This document shows positions 1-10,496 of a stretch of DNA of 58,959 bases, piece after piece (the first letter of the stretch is position 1; each line of letters begins with the position of its first letter). Origin of the DNA: an uncultured Bacilli bacterium (GTDB lineage: Bacteria > Bacillota_I > Bacilli_A > RFN20 > CAG-449); the NCBI GenBank assembly GCA_947626895.1, contig CANQTY010000004.1, forward strand, positions 1-58,959, written 5' to 3'. The position numbers were made by a program, and so were the translations under genes. The notes beneath the pieces were generated by a model. That model was given only the letters and a program-made list of their open reading frames with translations, did not search any database and had not been told where the DNA came from.

Positions 1-1017
1 TATTTAATGTCAGCAATTAATCCCTTGATGAATTTATTCTTAAATTTAGGATTAGTGGGTGTTTGTCTATTTGGTGCCTATCGAGTAAACGATAAAATCA
101 TTACCGATGCTTCCATTTTAGTAGCGTTTATTTCCTATTTTACAATTATTTTAAATGCGACATTATCCCTTACTAGAGTATTTGTAAACTTATCTAGAGC
201 TAATGCTTCTTTAAAAAGAATTGAAGATATCTTTTCTATTCAAACAGAACATAAAGATTTATTAAGCAATATTGAACCTAATCAAGAAATTATCTTTGAT
301 CATGTTTATTTCCATTATGGGGAAGCAAAAGATTCCCTTGTTGATTTAAACTTTAAATTGTCCCCTGCTTCATCTTTAGGAATTATAGGACCTACAGGAA
401 GTGGAAAAACGACTTTAATTTCCTTATTATTAGGATTTTATACTCCCTCAAAGGGAAATATTTATTATCAAAATCAAGATATTAAGACACTTGACCCAAA
501 AAAATATCGTAATCTATTTGGTATTTCCTTACAAAACGATGCTCTATTTTCTGAATCTATCAAAGATAATATCGTCTTTGGTAGACCCTTTGATGAAGAT
601 GCTTTTCGCATGGCTATTGAAACATCTCAAGCAAGTGAATTTATCAATTTGTTGCCCGAAAAAGAAAATACTATTTTAGCTCAAAAGGGAAGTAATTTAT
701 CAGGAGGGCAAAAGCAAAGAATTCTACTCGCTCGGGCATTATATAGTAATCCTTCAATTTTAATTTTAGATGATTCTACGAGTGCATTAGATTTTCAAAC
801 CGATGCCTTATTCCGTCATGCCTTAAAGAAAAACTACCCCCATATAGCTTTAATTATGATTGCCTCAAGAGCCATTGCTTTAAAAGATATGGATCATATC
901 ATTGTGATGAATGATGGAATCATTCAAGAAGAAGGTAGTCATGAAAAACTTTCTCATCAACAAGGGTTATATCAAGAAATTTTAACTCTCCAAGAAGGAG
1001 GTGTTATCGATGCCTAA
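1..1017 (+). CDS. ABC exporter fused permease/ATPase subunit, C-terminal part (5' end outside window); degenerate-site half of a heterodimer
   Basis: The frame is open to position 1. Walker A GPTGSGKTT, signature LSGGQKQR. Walker B is ILILDD (Asp in place of the catalytic Glu). The H-loop position reads IASRA (no His). Confidence 0.9.
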   Translation, partial: YLMSAINPLMNLFLNLGLVGVCLFGAYRVNDKIITDASILVAFISYFTIILNATLSLTRVFVNLSRANASLKRIEDIFSIQTEHKDLLSNIEPNQEIIFDHVYFHYGEAKDSLVDLNFKLSPASSLGIIGPTGSGKTTLISLLLGFYTPSKGNIYYQNQDIKTLDPKKYRNLFGISLQNDALFSESIKDNIVFGRPFDEDAFRMAIETSQASEFINLLPEKENTILAQKGSNLSGGQKQRILLARALYSNPSILILDDSTSALDFQTDALFRHALKKNYPHIALIMIASRAIALKDMDHIIVMNDGIIQEEGSHEKLSHQQGLYQEILTLQEGGVIDA

Positions 1018-2800
1018 TTATAATCCTCTTTCAAATTCTGGTAGAAATAAAGCGACCGCAAAACCCAAAAATGCTAAAAACGTATTAAAAAATTTAGCAA
1101 GATACATCATGCGTTATAAGGGAAAATTTATTCTAGCAGTCTTCCTTTCTTTATCTTCTTCTTTATTTTCTCTGATTGGCCCTTTATTATCTGGAAAATG
1201 TATTGACGCGATTAGTTTAGAAGAAGGTGTAAACTTCCATGATGTTTATTTATATGTTATTTTACTCATCTTCTTTTATGCAGTATCAGCAATATTATCC
1301 TATATATTATCTCTAGTTATGCAAAATATTGCGCAAAATATTGGCGATGCATTACGTAATGATATCTTTAAACATCTTAAAAAGCTTCCTGTTTCCTTTT
1401 ATGATTCCCATCAATCTGGAGATATCATTTCGATTATTTCTTATGATGTAAATACTGTAGCAACAAGCTTATCTACCGATTTAGTATCCATTGCTTCTGC
1501 CGCAGTAAACGTCATAGGATCATTTATCATGATGTTAATCATTATGCCAATTTTGACATTAGTCTTTGTGATAACAATTCCCATTTCTTTTGTGATTACA
1601 AAAAGAATGTCAAAAAAATCAAAAAAACTCTTCCATATGCGTAGCGTTGCTTATGGTAGTTATAGTGGATATAGTGAAGAACGTATTTCTGGAATTCGTT
1701 CTATTAAAGCTTATGGTCGAGAAGAAGAAATTTTAAATCAATTTGATGAATATAACGATTTAGCCACAAATAAGGCTTATGATGCAGAATATTATAGTTC
1801 TAAAACTGGACCTTTTGTAAACTTTATCAATAATATTTCTCTTGCCTTTATCGCTGTATTTGGCGCTCTTTTATACTTATATAAATGGATGAGCATTGGT
1901 CAAATTGGTTCCTTTGTACAATATTCAAGAAAGTTCTCAGGACCTATTAATGAAACTTTAAATCTATTCGCAGAAATTCAAAGCGCCCTTGCCGCGGGAG
2001 AACGTATTTTTGCTTTATTAGATGAAAAAGTCGAAAATTTCAACCAAGAACCATTGTACCATCTTGAATCTGTCGAAGGAGATGTTTCCTTTAATCACGT
2101 CCAATTTTCCTATAATAAAGAAAGAAAAATACTTAAAGATTTATCTTTCCATGCCAAAAAAGGGACGATGACTGCAATTGTGGGTCCTACTGGGGCAGGA
2201 AAAACCACCATCATCAACCTACTAATGAAATTTTATATTCCCCAAGATGGAACGGTTTTATTAGATAATGTAGATATTAATCATCTTCCCTCCGATGAAT
2301 TAAGAAGATATTATTCCATGGTCTTACAAGATAGCTTTCTATTTGAAGGTACAATCAAGGAAAATATCGCTTATGGTAATGAAGGAGCAAGCGATGAAGA
2401 AATTATAAATGCTGCAAAACTTGCTCATGCAGATTCTTTTATTCAAAAAATGAAAGATGGATATAACGAAGTAATTAGTGAAGAAGGAGGAAGTCTTTCA
2501 AAAGGTCAAAAACAACTCATTACCATTGCTAGAGCCTTCTTAAGTAAATCCCATATGCTCATTTTAGATGAGGCAACTTCATCTGTTGATACTAGAACAG
2601 AACGCAGAATTCAAGATGCCATGCAAAACTTAATGCAAGGAAAAACCTGTTTTGTCATTGCCCATCGTCTTTCTACTATTCGTAATGCAGATTTAATTTT
2701 AGTCGTCTTAAACGGGGATATTGTTGAACAAGGAAATCATGAATCGCTGATGAAGAAAAAAGGTGTTTATTACACCCTTCATCAATCGCAATATGAATAA
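1010..2800 (+). CDS. ABC exporter fused permease/ATPase subunit (consensus-site half of the heterodimer)
   Basis: ATG 1010 lies 9 nt after GAAGGAGG (993-1000) and overlaps the upstream stop. The N-terminal half is a TM domain. Walker A GPTGAGKTT, LSKGQKQ, Walker B LILDEATS, H-loop IAHRLST. Confidence 0.92.
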   Translation: MPNYNPLSNSGRNKATAKPKNAKNVLKNLARYIMRYKGKFILAVFLSLSSSLFSLIGPLLSGKCIDAISLEEGVNFHDVYLYVILLIFFYAVSAILSYILSLVMQNIAQNIGDALRNDIFKHLKKLPVSFYDSHQSGDIISIISYDVNTVATSLSTDLVSIASAAVNVIGSFIMMLIIMPILTLVFVITIPISFVITKRMSKKSKKLFHMRSVAYGSYSGYSEERISGIRSIKAYGREEEILNQFDEYNDLATNKAYDAEYYSSKTGPFVNFINNISLAFIAVFGALLYLYKWMSIGQIGSFVQYSRKFSGPINETLNLFAEIQSALAAGERIFALLDEKVENFNQEPLYHLESVEGDVSFNHVQFSYNKERKILKDLSFHAKKGTMTAIVGPTGAGKTTIINLLMKFYIPQDGTVLLDNVDINHLPSDELRRYYSMVLQDSFLFEGTIKENIAYGNEGASDEEIINAAKLAHADSFIQKMKDGYNEVISEEGGSLSKGQKQLITIARAFLSKSHMLILDEATSSVDTRTERRIQDAMQNLMQGKTCFVIAHRLSTIRNADLILVVLNGDIVEQGNHESLMKKKGVYYTLHQSQYE

Positions 2801-2801
2801 A

Positions 2802-4775
2802 TTATTCACCCTTTAATTCAAAGAGAATATCTCTTAATGTCGCGGCACGTTCAAAGTCCATATTTCTTGCAGCCTCACGCATTTCTTTTTCAACACGGCG
2901 AATTTCCATGTCTTTTTCTTTTCTTGTAAGTTTACCTTTCTTAACTAATGGTGCCTCTAAAGGATCATCCATCACTTTCAAAGGTGGGCGAATTTCTTTA
3001 ATAATTGTTCGTGGAACAATGTTATGTTCTTCATTATATTTTTCTTGAATAGCTCGTCTTCGATTTGTTTCTTTTATTGCTTCTTTCATAGAATCTGTAA
3101 CATGCGAAGCATACATAATGACATGCCCATGTTCGTTTCTTGCAGCACGACCAACAATTTGAATTAAAGAACGTGTAGATCTTAAAAATCCTTCCTTATC
3201 TGCATCTAAAATCGCAATTAAAGAGACTTCTGGAATATCTAAACCCTCACGAAGTAGATTAATACCCACTAAAACATCATATTTGCCCTTTCTTAATTGA
3301 TAAATAATCGCAGTTCTTTCTAAAGTCTTTGTTTCATTATGCAAATAGACAACTTTCTTTCCCCGTTCTTTTAAATAGGCAGTTAAGTTTTCAGCATCTC
3401 TTATTGTCATTGTTAAAATCATCACTCTTTCATTTTTTGCGACAACTTTATCTATTTCTCCAATTAAATCATAAATAGGATTTGAAACATTTCTAACCTC
3501 GATTTCAGGATCTAATAATCCTGTGGGTCGAATGATTTGTTCGACAATTTCTCCACCAGTTTTGTCTAGTTCATAATCCCCAGGAGTCGCGGATGTACAA
3601 ATTACTTGAGATATTTTATTTTCAAATTCTTCAAAGTTTAAAGGTCTATTATCAAGAGCAGAAGGTAAACGAAAACCGTATTCTACTAAAGTTTCTTTTC
3701 GAGAACGATCTCCATTAAACATTCCGCGCACTTGAGAAAAGCTAACATGAGATTCATCAACAATTAATAAATAATCTTTAGGTAAGTAATCAAAAAGGCA
3801 ATAAGGGGTTTCGCCTTTTTTTCTACCATCAATATGTCGAGCGTAATTTTCAATTCCTGGACACATACCAAATTCTAAAAGAGATTCAATGTCTCGATTG
3901 GTTCTTTGTGAAAGACGTTCTTCTTCTAGATATTTTCCCTGATTATGGAAAAATAATAGTCTTTCATGAAGTTCTTCTTTAATTGTTTCCACGGCTTTTT
4001 CGATACGATTCATCGTTGAAGCATGCTCATGTGCAGGAAAAATAGGATATTCTTTGTAATGATGGAGAACCTCTCCTGTAAGAGAATCACACTCTACAAT
4101 ATCCTCGATAACATCATCAAAATCTAGTAATACACGAATGACCTTTTCGCTTGTTGATGGGGGAGCTATTTCAATAACATCTCCATTTGCTCTAAAAGAT
4201 CCTGGAGCTAAGTCCATTTGGTTGCGGTTATATTGTGCATCCACTAATTTGGTAAATAGTTCTTTTCGATCTAATTCTTTTCCTACATAAAGAAAAAAAG
4301 CTAAAGAACGATATTCACTAGGATCTGTTAAACCATATATTGAAGCAACCGAAGCAACAATAATGGTGTCTCTTCTTTCTAAAATTGAATTAATCGCGGA
4401 GGCTCTCATGATTTCAATTTCTTCATTCATCACAGCATTTTTATCAATATACGTATCCGAGGCGGGTAAATAAGCCTCAGGTTGATAAAAATCAAAATTA
4501 GACACAAAATATTCAACACGATTATGTGGAAATAATTCTTTAAATTCACTATACAATTGCCCTGCAAGAGTTTTATTATGTACCAAAACTAACGTAGGTC
4601 GATTTACTTGCGCAATTACATTTGCAACAGTAAAGGTTTTCCCAGTTCCAGTCGCACCTAAAAGTACTTGAAACTTTTTGCCTTCACTTAATCCTTGAAC
4701 TAAAGATTCAATTGCCTGAGGTTGATCTCCAGTAGGCTTATAAGGAGAAACAAGTTCAAACTTATTCTCCATCAT
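2802..4775 (-). CDS. uvrB: Excinuclease ABC subunit B
   Basis: 657 aa, full-length UvrB-like. N-terminal YKPTGDQPQAI, Walker A GATGTGKTF, C-terminal UVR motif (MDFERAATLRD). Confidence 0.97.
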   Translation of the reverse strand: MMENKFELVSPYKPTGDQPQAIESLVQGLSEGKKFQVLLGATGTGKTFTVANVIAQVNRPTLVLVHNKTLAGQLYSEFKELFPHNRVEYFVSNFDFYQPEAYLPASDTYIDKNAVMNEEIEIMRASAINSILERRDTIIVASVASIYGLTDPSEYRSLAFFLYVGKELDRKELFTKLVDAQYNRNQMDLAPGSFRANGDVIEIAPPSTSEKVIRVLLDFDDVIEDIVECDSLTGEVLHHYKEYPIFPAHEHASTMNRIEKAVETIKEELHERLLFFHNQGKYLEEERLSQRTNRDIESLLEFGMCPGIENYARHIDGRKKGETPYCLFDYLPKDYLLIVDESHVSFSQVRGMFNGDRSRKETLVEYGFRLPSALDNRPLNFEEFENKISQVICTSATPGDYELDKTGGEIVEQIIRPTGLLDPEIEVRNVSNPIYDLIGEIDKVVAKNERVMILTMTIRDAENLTAYLKERGKKVVYLHNETKTLERTAIIYQLRKGKYDVLVGINLLREGLDIPEVSLIAILDADKEGFLRSTRSLIQIVGRAARNEHGHVIMYASHVTDSMKEAIKETNRRRAIQEKYNEEHNIVPRTIIKEIRPPLKVMDDPLEAPLVKKGKLTRKEKDMEIRRVEKEMREAARNMDFERAATLRDILFELKGE

Positions 4776-5736
4776 GAGACTCCTCTTTTTTTACATGAGA
4801 TAGCCATTCGTCGATTTTCGTTTTTGCAAATAGTTCACTATATCCAGTAAAACCCTCTCCTTGAATCTTATGAGCTTTTACAATCGAAATAAATGCATGG
4901 GGGTCGATTTGATTAAGTTTTTCTTGTAAATAAGTATATTCTCGATAATCAAAACAAACGATAATCATCTTATTTTCATGTCCAGAATATCCTCCTTGGA
5001 CATCTAAAAGAGTTGTTCCTCTTTCCATCTTTTCCAAAATAAAATTATTAATCTCTTCATATTGTGAAGAAATGATATAGGCAATATAAGAATGTTGTTC
5101 TCCAAGAAAGACTCGATCAATAACAAAGGCTGTAATAACCGCGCCAATGATACCAATTAAAGCTAAATCTAAGCGTTTTAATGCTACTAAACCAAAGATA
5201 ATAATCAATACATCAATGGCTAATGAGGCAACTGAAACTTTAATTTTTGCATATTTTTGGAGAATTAAAGAAGGAATATCTGTTCCTCCAGTAGAGCCTC
5301 CACCTAAAAAAGTGAGAGCCACGCCAAAACCTGTAAACACTCCTCCAAAAATCGCAGCTAACAAATCATTTGTATTTACAATACCACTTTCTAAAACAAC
5401 CGAAGATTGTAAATGGAAAAAAGGAACTTGTTCATAAACATAGCCAAAAACAAAAATTCCTAAAGGGTAAACAATTGCAGAACATAAGGTTTGCAAAGCA
5501 AATTTTTTTCCTAAAAAGATAAAACCAACGAAATATAATGCCCAAGTTAAGATGGTAACAACAAGTTCTTCATTCCACCCAAATAATGTCTTTAAAATAA
5601 CTGCAATTCCAGGCATTCCTCCAGAAACAATCTCATTAGGTATAAAGAAAACGGCAGCACCAAAAGAAAGCACAATACTACCAATTATTACTAAAAAAAC
5701 GTCTTTTAATTGTTTTAATACTTTCGGCTTATTCAT
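4762..5736 (-). CDS. YitT-family membrane protein with C-terminal DUF2179 domain
   Basis: Multi-TM N-terminal part ([19 protein letters not shown]) followed by a soluble C-terminal domain. Overlaps uvrB and prfB, indicating an operon. Confidence 0.8.
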   Translation of the reverse strand: MNKPKVLKQLKDVFLVIIGSIVLSFGAAVFFIPNEIVSGGMPGIAVILKTLFGWNEELVVTILTWALYFVGFIFLGKKFALQTLCSAIVYPLGIFVFGYVYEQVPFFHLQSSVVLESGIVNTNDLLAAIFGGVFTGFGVALTFLGGGSTGGTDIPSLILQKYAKIKVSVASLAIDVLIIIFGLVALKRLDLALIGIIGAVITAFVIDRVFLGEQHSYIAYIISSQYEEINNFILEKMERGTTLLDVQGGYSGHENKMIIVCFDYREYTYLQEKLNQIDPHAFISIVKAHKIQGEGFTGYSELFAKTKIDEWLSHVKKEESHDGE

Positions 5737-6845
5737 GGTTTCTTTTTACCTCCCATTTTAAGCAAGATGCAATAATATCATCTAAGTCTCCATCCATAAC
5801 AGCTTGTACATTTCCTGTTTCAAAAGAGCTACGATGATCTTTAACCATCGTATAGGGGCAAAATACATAAGAACGGATTTGTGAACCCCATTCGATGTTT
5901 TTTTGTTCTCCTCTTAATTTATCGAGTTCTTTTTGTCTTTCTTGTTCACGTAAAAGAACAAGCCGAGATTTTAAAATATTCATTGCTATTTCTCGATTTA
6001 AGATTTGGCTTCTTTCATTTTGGCAAGCGACGACAATTCCTGTAGGTAAATGAGTAATTCTCACCGCAGATTCGGTTTTATTGACGTTTTGACCACCTGC
6101 CCCAGATGAGCGATACGTATCAATTTTTAAATCCTTTTCTTGAATTTCTATATCATTTACATTGGTAACCTCAGGGGTTACATCCACGGAAGCAAAAGAA
6201 GTATGCCTTCTTCCCGAAGCATCAAAAGGAGAAATTCTTACCAAACGGTGAACACCCTTTTCTTCTTTTAAATATCCATAGGCGTTTTTTCCTTTGATGA
6301 TGAAGGAAGCAGATTTAATTCCCGCTTCATCTCCTGTTTGATAATCTAAAGGTTGCACCTTAAAATGATGTTTTTCTGCATAACGAATATACATACGATA
6401 AAGCATATCCGCCCAATCCTGAGATTCAGTGCCACCTGCTCCAGGATGTAATTCAATGATGGCATTATTTGCATCATAAGTTCCAGATAATAAAATTTCA
6501 GTTTCAAAACGATTCATTTCTTTTTCTAAAGAAAGAATTTCGCTAGATATTGATTCTTGTAATTCTTCATCATTTTCTTCTTTTAAAAGAAGATATAGTT
6601 CTTCACTATTTTTAATTTTTTCACTAAAAAGAAAGTATTTATCGAGTTTTTCTTTAATTACATTAGAAACATTTACAACTTCAAGAGCTTTTTTATTATC
6701 ATCCCAAAAGCACTCTTGGTTCATAATATCTTCATATTTTTGTTTCTCTTTTGTTAATTGGTCGATGTCAAAGAGAATCACCTAATTCCTTTAACATCGC
6801 AGAAAGTGAGCTTAAATGATTTTTAATTTCAAATAATTCTAGCAT
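5729..6845 (-). CDS. prfB: Peptide chain release factor 2, requires programmed +1 frameshift
   Basis: Frame 0: ATG 6845, [25 protein letters not shown] then TGA. The classic CTT TGA C site is at 6767-6773, with an internal SD-like AGGTGAT upstream. The +1 frame continues into the 350-aa ORF carrying the SPF and GGQ motifs. Confidence 0.95.
6767..6773 (-). promoter_or_regulatory. prfB: RF2 autoregulatory +1 frameshift site (CUU UGA C)
   Basis: The minus strand reads GGT GAT TCT CTT TGA C. The heptamer is identical to the canonical prfB shift site. Confidence 0.9.
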
Positions 6846-6860
6846 GTTACCACTCTCCTT

Positions 6861-9347
6861 TTATTCTTGATTTGGTACTTCTTTTTTCTCGCTATTTTCT
6901 TGAGATTCTTCTACTTTTGTTTCCTCTTCTTTGGGAGTATCTTCATTATTTACTGGTTGATCATCTTGTTTTCTTACTTCAATTTGCACTCTTAATAACG
7001 TTGAGGTAACTTCTTGAGAAATCGTATCGACCATATCATCAAACATTTGATATCCTTCACGTACATATTCTTGTAAGGGATTTGTTTGAGCATAAGATCT
7101 TAAGTGAATATTATCTCTTAATTTTGCCATAGAATCGATATGACTTGTCCAGTTATGATCAAGAGCTCTTAAGGTTAATTGCTTTTCTACTTGATTTGCC
7201 ACATCTACTGGCCAAGTATTTCTCTTTTTTTCATAATATTGAATGAGAGCTTCTCCAATATCTTCACTCGCCTCATCAAGAGGAGCTTCATGATAGCCTT
7301 CTGTAGAAAAGCTTCCTTCTGGTAAATATTTACCTGCAAGATTTTGCTTTAATAATTCCCCATCTAGCCATTCATCTTTACCTTCAGTTTTAACGGATTT
7401 ATGCACTAAAATCGATGCAGTCTTCATGAAATAATCTCTTACAGCATCAAAAATGGATTCGGAATAAAGAATCTTATCTCTTTGTTCGTAGATATCCTCT
7501 CTTTGCTTTTTCATGACGTTATCATAATCAATTAAAGATTTTCTTGTATCAAAGTTTTGACCTTCAATCTTCTTTTGAGCGGATGTAATCGCGGAAGTAA
7601 CAAACTTGTTATTTAATCCTTCATCTCCTAAAGAGGCAAATGCTTTAATTAATAATTCACTACCAAATCTTAAGATGAGTTCATCATCACAACAGACGAA
7701 GAATTTTGAATATCCTGGATCTCCTTGACGACCCGAACGACCTCTTAACTGGTTATCAATACGTCTTGCTTCATGTCGTTCAGTTCCTATAACACATAAT
7801 CCCGCGGCGTGTTTGACTTCATCAGTATCTTTTACATCTAAAACTCCAGGTCCAAGTTTAATATCGGTACCACGACCAGCCATATTGGTTGCCACTGTGA
7901 TCGCTCCAAGTTCACCAGCATGTTCAATAATATGTGCTTCACGTTCATGGTTTTTCGCATTTAATACTTCATGCATTAAGCCTTCTTTTTGGAGTAATTC
8001 AGATAGCATTTCGGATTTTTCAACAGAAACGGTACCAATTAAAATAGGTTGTCCAAGAGCATGTCTTTTCTTAATTTCCTCAACAATGGCTTTGTATTTA
8101 GCTTTTTCATTACCATAAACCATATCGATATCATCAAAACGGATGACAGGTTTATTCGTTGGTACACATGTAACATCCATCTTATAGATTTCTCTAAATT
8201 CTTCCTCTTCAGTTTTTGCAGTACCTGTCATACCTGCGATTTTATTATATAGACCAAAGAAATTTTGATAGGTGATTGTTGCCATTGTAATGGTTTCTTG
8301 TTTAATTTTTACATTTTCTTTTGCTTGTAAAGCTTGTTGTAAACCATCGCTATATTCCCTTCCTTTTAAAATACGTCCTGTAAAGGCATCGATTAATAAG
8401 ACTTCATCGTCTTTAACCATGTATTCTACACCACGTTTCATAATGTAATTGGCCTTTAAAGCTTGTGTAATTCGATGTACTAAATCCACATTTGCAGGAT
8501 TTGACGCATCATAAATATTGGTAATTCCAAAAGCTTTTTCTGCTTTATCTACGCCTTTATCCGTTAGAGAACAAGTTTTTGTTTTAATATCAATTGTAAA
8601 ATCTTCTTCTTTTTTTAACGATTTACAGAAACGGTCTGCAAAAATATATGTAGAAGCATTTGCTCTTTCTCCACCAGAAATAATTAAAGGAGTTCTAGAT
8701 TCATCGATTAAAATAGAGTCTGCTTCATCAACAATCGCGTAATTTAATCCTCTTAAAACACGACGATCTACTGTCTGAGCCATATTATCACGAAGATAAT
8801 CAAAGCCTAATTCGGAGTTTGTTGTATATGTAATGTCAGCATTATAAGCTTCTTGTTTTCCTTTTACATCTTTTTCTCTTAAGTTAACACCGACTGTTAA
8901 GCCAAGAAAATTAAAGATTTTACCCATATTTTCAGCATCACGCGCGGCTAAGTATTCATTGACTGTAACAATATGAACACCTTTTCCTTCAAGAGCATTT
9001 AAATAAGCAGGCATTGTTTCAGTAAGAGTTTTACCTTCACCTGTTTTCATTTCAGCGACATCGCCATCATGAAGAACAATACCTCCCATGACTTGAACCT
9101 TAAAAGGAAATTCATCTCGGACGCGTCGAGATACCTCTCTTACAACCGCGAAAGCCTCTGGTAAAATATCGTCTAAGGTTTTACCTTGTGCTAATAAATC
9201 CTTAAAATAAGGCGTTTTCGCTTTTAATTCATCATCGCTAAGACTTTTCATTTCTTCTTCATAAGCTAAAACTAATTCAGTCTTTTTCACGATTTTTTTC
9301 ATTCTTCTTTGATCAACTCTTAATAATTTATCTACAAAACTACTCAT
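6861..9347 (-). CDS. secA: Preprotein translocase ATPase SecA
   Basis: The likely start is MSSFVDKLLR, at ATG 9347 after AAGGAG. The 21-codon upstream extension in the ORF track is unlikely. SecA motifs MKTGEGKT and DEADSILIDE are present. The C-terminal tail is acidic. Confidence 0.96.
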   Translation of the reverse strand: MSSFVDKLLRVDQRRMKKIVKKTELVLAYEEEMKSLSDDELKAKTPYFKDLLAQGKTLDDILPEAFAVVREVSRRVRDEFPFKVQVMGGIVLHDGDVAEMKTGEGKTLTETMPAYLNALEGKGVHIVTVNEYLAARDAENMGKIFNFLGLTVGVNLREKDVKGKQEAYNADITYTTNSELGFDYLRDNMAQTVDRRVLRGLNYAIVDEADSILIDESRTPLIISGGERANASTYIFADRFCKSLKKEEDFTIDIKTKTCSLTDKGVDKAEKAFGITNIYDASNPANVDLVHRITQALKANYIMKRGVEYMVKDDEVLLIDAFTGRILKGREYSDGLQQALQAKENVKIKQETITMATITYQNFFGLYNKIAGMTGTAKTEEEEFREIYKMDVTCVPTNKPVIRFDDIDMVYGNEKAKYKAIVEEIKKRHALGQPILIGTVSVEKSEMLSELLQKEGLMHEVLNAKNHEREAHIIEHAGELGAITVATNMAGRGTDIKLGPGVLDVKDTDEVKHAAGLCVIGTERHEARRIDNQLRGRSGRQGDPGYSKFFVCCDDELILRFGSELLIKAFASLGDEGLNNKFVTSAITSAQKKIEGQNFDTRKSLIDYDNVMKKQREDIYEQRDKILYSESIFDAVRDYFMKTASILVHKSVKTEGKDEWLDGELLKQNLAGKYLPEGSFSTEGYHEAPLDEASEDIGEALIQYYEKKRNTWPVDVANQVEKQLTLRALDHNWTSHIDSMAKLRDNIHLRSYAQTNPLQEYVREGYQMFDDMVDTISQEVTSTLLRVQIEVRKQDDQPVNNEDTPKEEETKVEESQENSEKKEVPNQE

Positions 9348-9493
9348 ATTAGTAAGTCTCCTTTCCAAACTATTTCTTTTCGATATCGAAAACATTATAC
9401 AATAAAACAAGCTATAAAAGAAATTAAATCCGTGTATTTTCTCTTTTAAAAAAGAGAAACCTTTAAAGGGTTCATTAAATTTCTCTTTTTCCT

Positions 9494-9523
9494 ACAAAAA
9501 AACAAGTAGAATTTACCTGCTTT
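9494..9523 (-). terminator. Rho-independent terminator after the 134-aa ORF
   Basis: The minus strand reads AAGCAG-GTAAATT-CTACTT followed by TTTTTTT. Confidence 0.5.
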
Positions 9524-9543
9524 TTTAAATAACATGAAATTTT

Positions 9544-9948
9544 TTAAAGAACTTGGCGTTCTTTTTCATCTAACATGATAATAACTTCAACTTTGTCCCA
9601 GTTTTCTTCAAGAGAATAGCCAAAATATTTTTTATTCTTTAGCATTTCTTCCGCGGAAGAATAATAAGTAGAATCCAAGAAATAACGGGTTTTTCTTAAA
9701 ACATTACCTTCGCCATCAATTTTACCAAGCAATGTCTTTCTTCCATCAACTTTTACATAGATCATCACATTGATGTCACGAGAAAGAATTTCTGTAATTT
9801 CATCAAGAGAATATGGTTTAGAATAATATTTTCCTTTTGAAATTAAAACATTCATCACTTCTTCCATTTTTTGAATACTTCTTTTTTCGATACCGTTTTC
9901 TACACTTTGAATTGTTTCATTCTTTTTCTTTTTCTTAAATAACCCCAT
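9544..9948 (-). CDS. Hypothetical protein (134 aa), in the position where hpf sits in Bacillus
   Basis: An intact ORF with its own terminator. I recognise no motif. Confidence 0.5.
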   Translation of the reverse strand: MGLFKKKKKNETIQSVENGIEKRSIQKMEEVMNVLISKGKYYSKPYSLDEITEILSRDINVMIYVKVDGRKTLLGKIDGEGNVLRKTRYFLDSTYYSSAEEMLKNKKYFGYSLEENWDKVEVIIMLDEKERQVL

Positions 9949-10037
9949 ATGTTTATCACCTCAATAAAAGTATAGCAAACTTTTAATAAATAGGACAAAA
10001 AAACTTGATTTAGTTTATAATTTCTTTAGGAAATCTT

Positions 10038-10496
10038 ATGGAAGAAAGTGTTAGAAAGTTAAAAATTGGTTATGTTAAAATTCTTTTCGAAGATAATCTT
10101 CTTTTTCGTATTGAATTAAAGGCAGAAAAGCAAGAAGAATTACATACCTCATTTTCAGATTTTGTCTTTCAAGAACTTGAAGAATATTTAGATGGCAAAC
10201 GCAAGGAATTTGATATTCCTTATATGCTTATATGATCATCATTTTCTAAGAAAATATATGAAACGCTATTAAAAATTCCTTATGGAAAGACTTCTTCCTA
10301 TAAAGATTTATCTATTCTTTCTTCCATGAATAAAGCCTACCAAGCGATTGGAGGTGCTCTTCACCATAATCCCATACCTATCATTATTCCTTGCCATCGC
10401 ATAATAAAATCTAACGCCTCTCTTGGGGGCTATAAATACGGATTAGCAATGAAACAATTTTTATTAGATTTAGAAAAACATTATTCGTCTATATAA
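10038..10496 (+). pseudogene. ogt: Methylated-DNA--protein-cysteine methyltransferase (Ogt/MGMT) interrupted by an in-frame TGA
   Basis: The same frame continues past TGA 10233-10235 into SSFSKKIYETLLKIPYGKTSSY...IPCHRII (the PCHR active site). It ends at TAA 10494-10496. Confidence 0.8.

Noticed and set aside
9348-9410. The N-terminal extension of SecA (MFYCIMFSISKRNSLERRLTN), and similar extensions of csp (14401-14460), dfx (25206-25247) and the serpin (33758-33829).
   Set aside because: In each case the conserved protein start coincides with an internal ATG that has a proper SD. The extensions have no homology-like features.
10233-10235. The in-frame TGA in ogt as evidence for an alternative genetic code (code 4 Trp or code 25 Gly).
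   Set aside because: All other long genes are intact under the standard code, and many terminate with TGA. prfB is present with a UGA-dependent frameshift site. One interrupted gene is better explained by a point mutation or a sequencing error.
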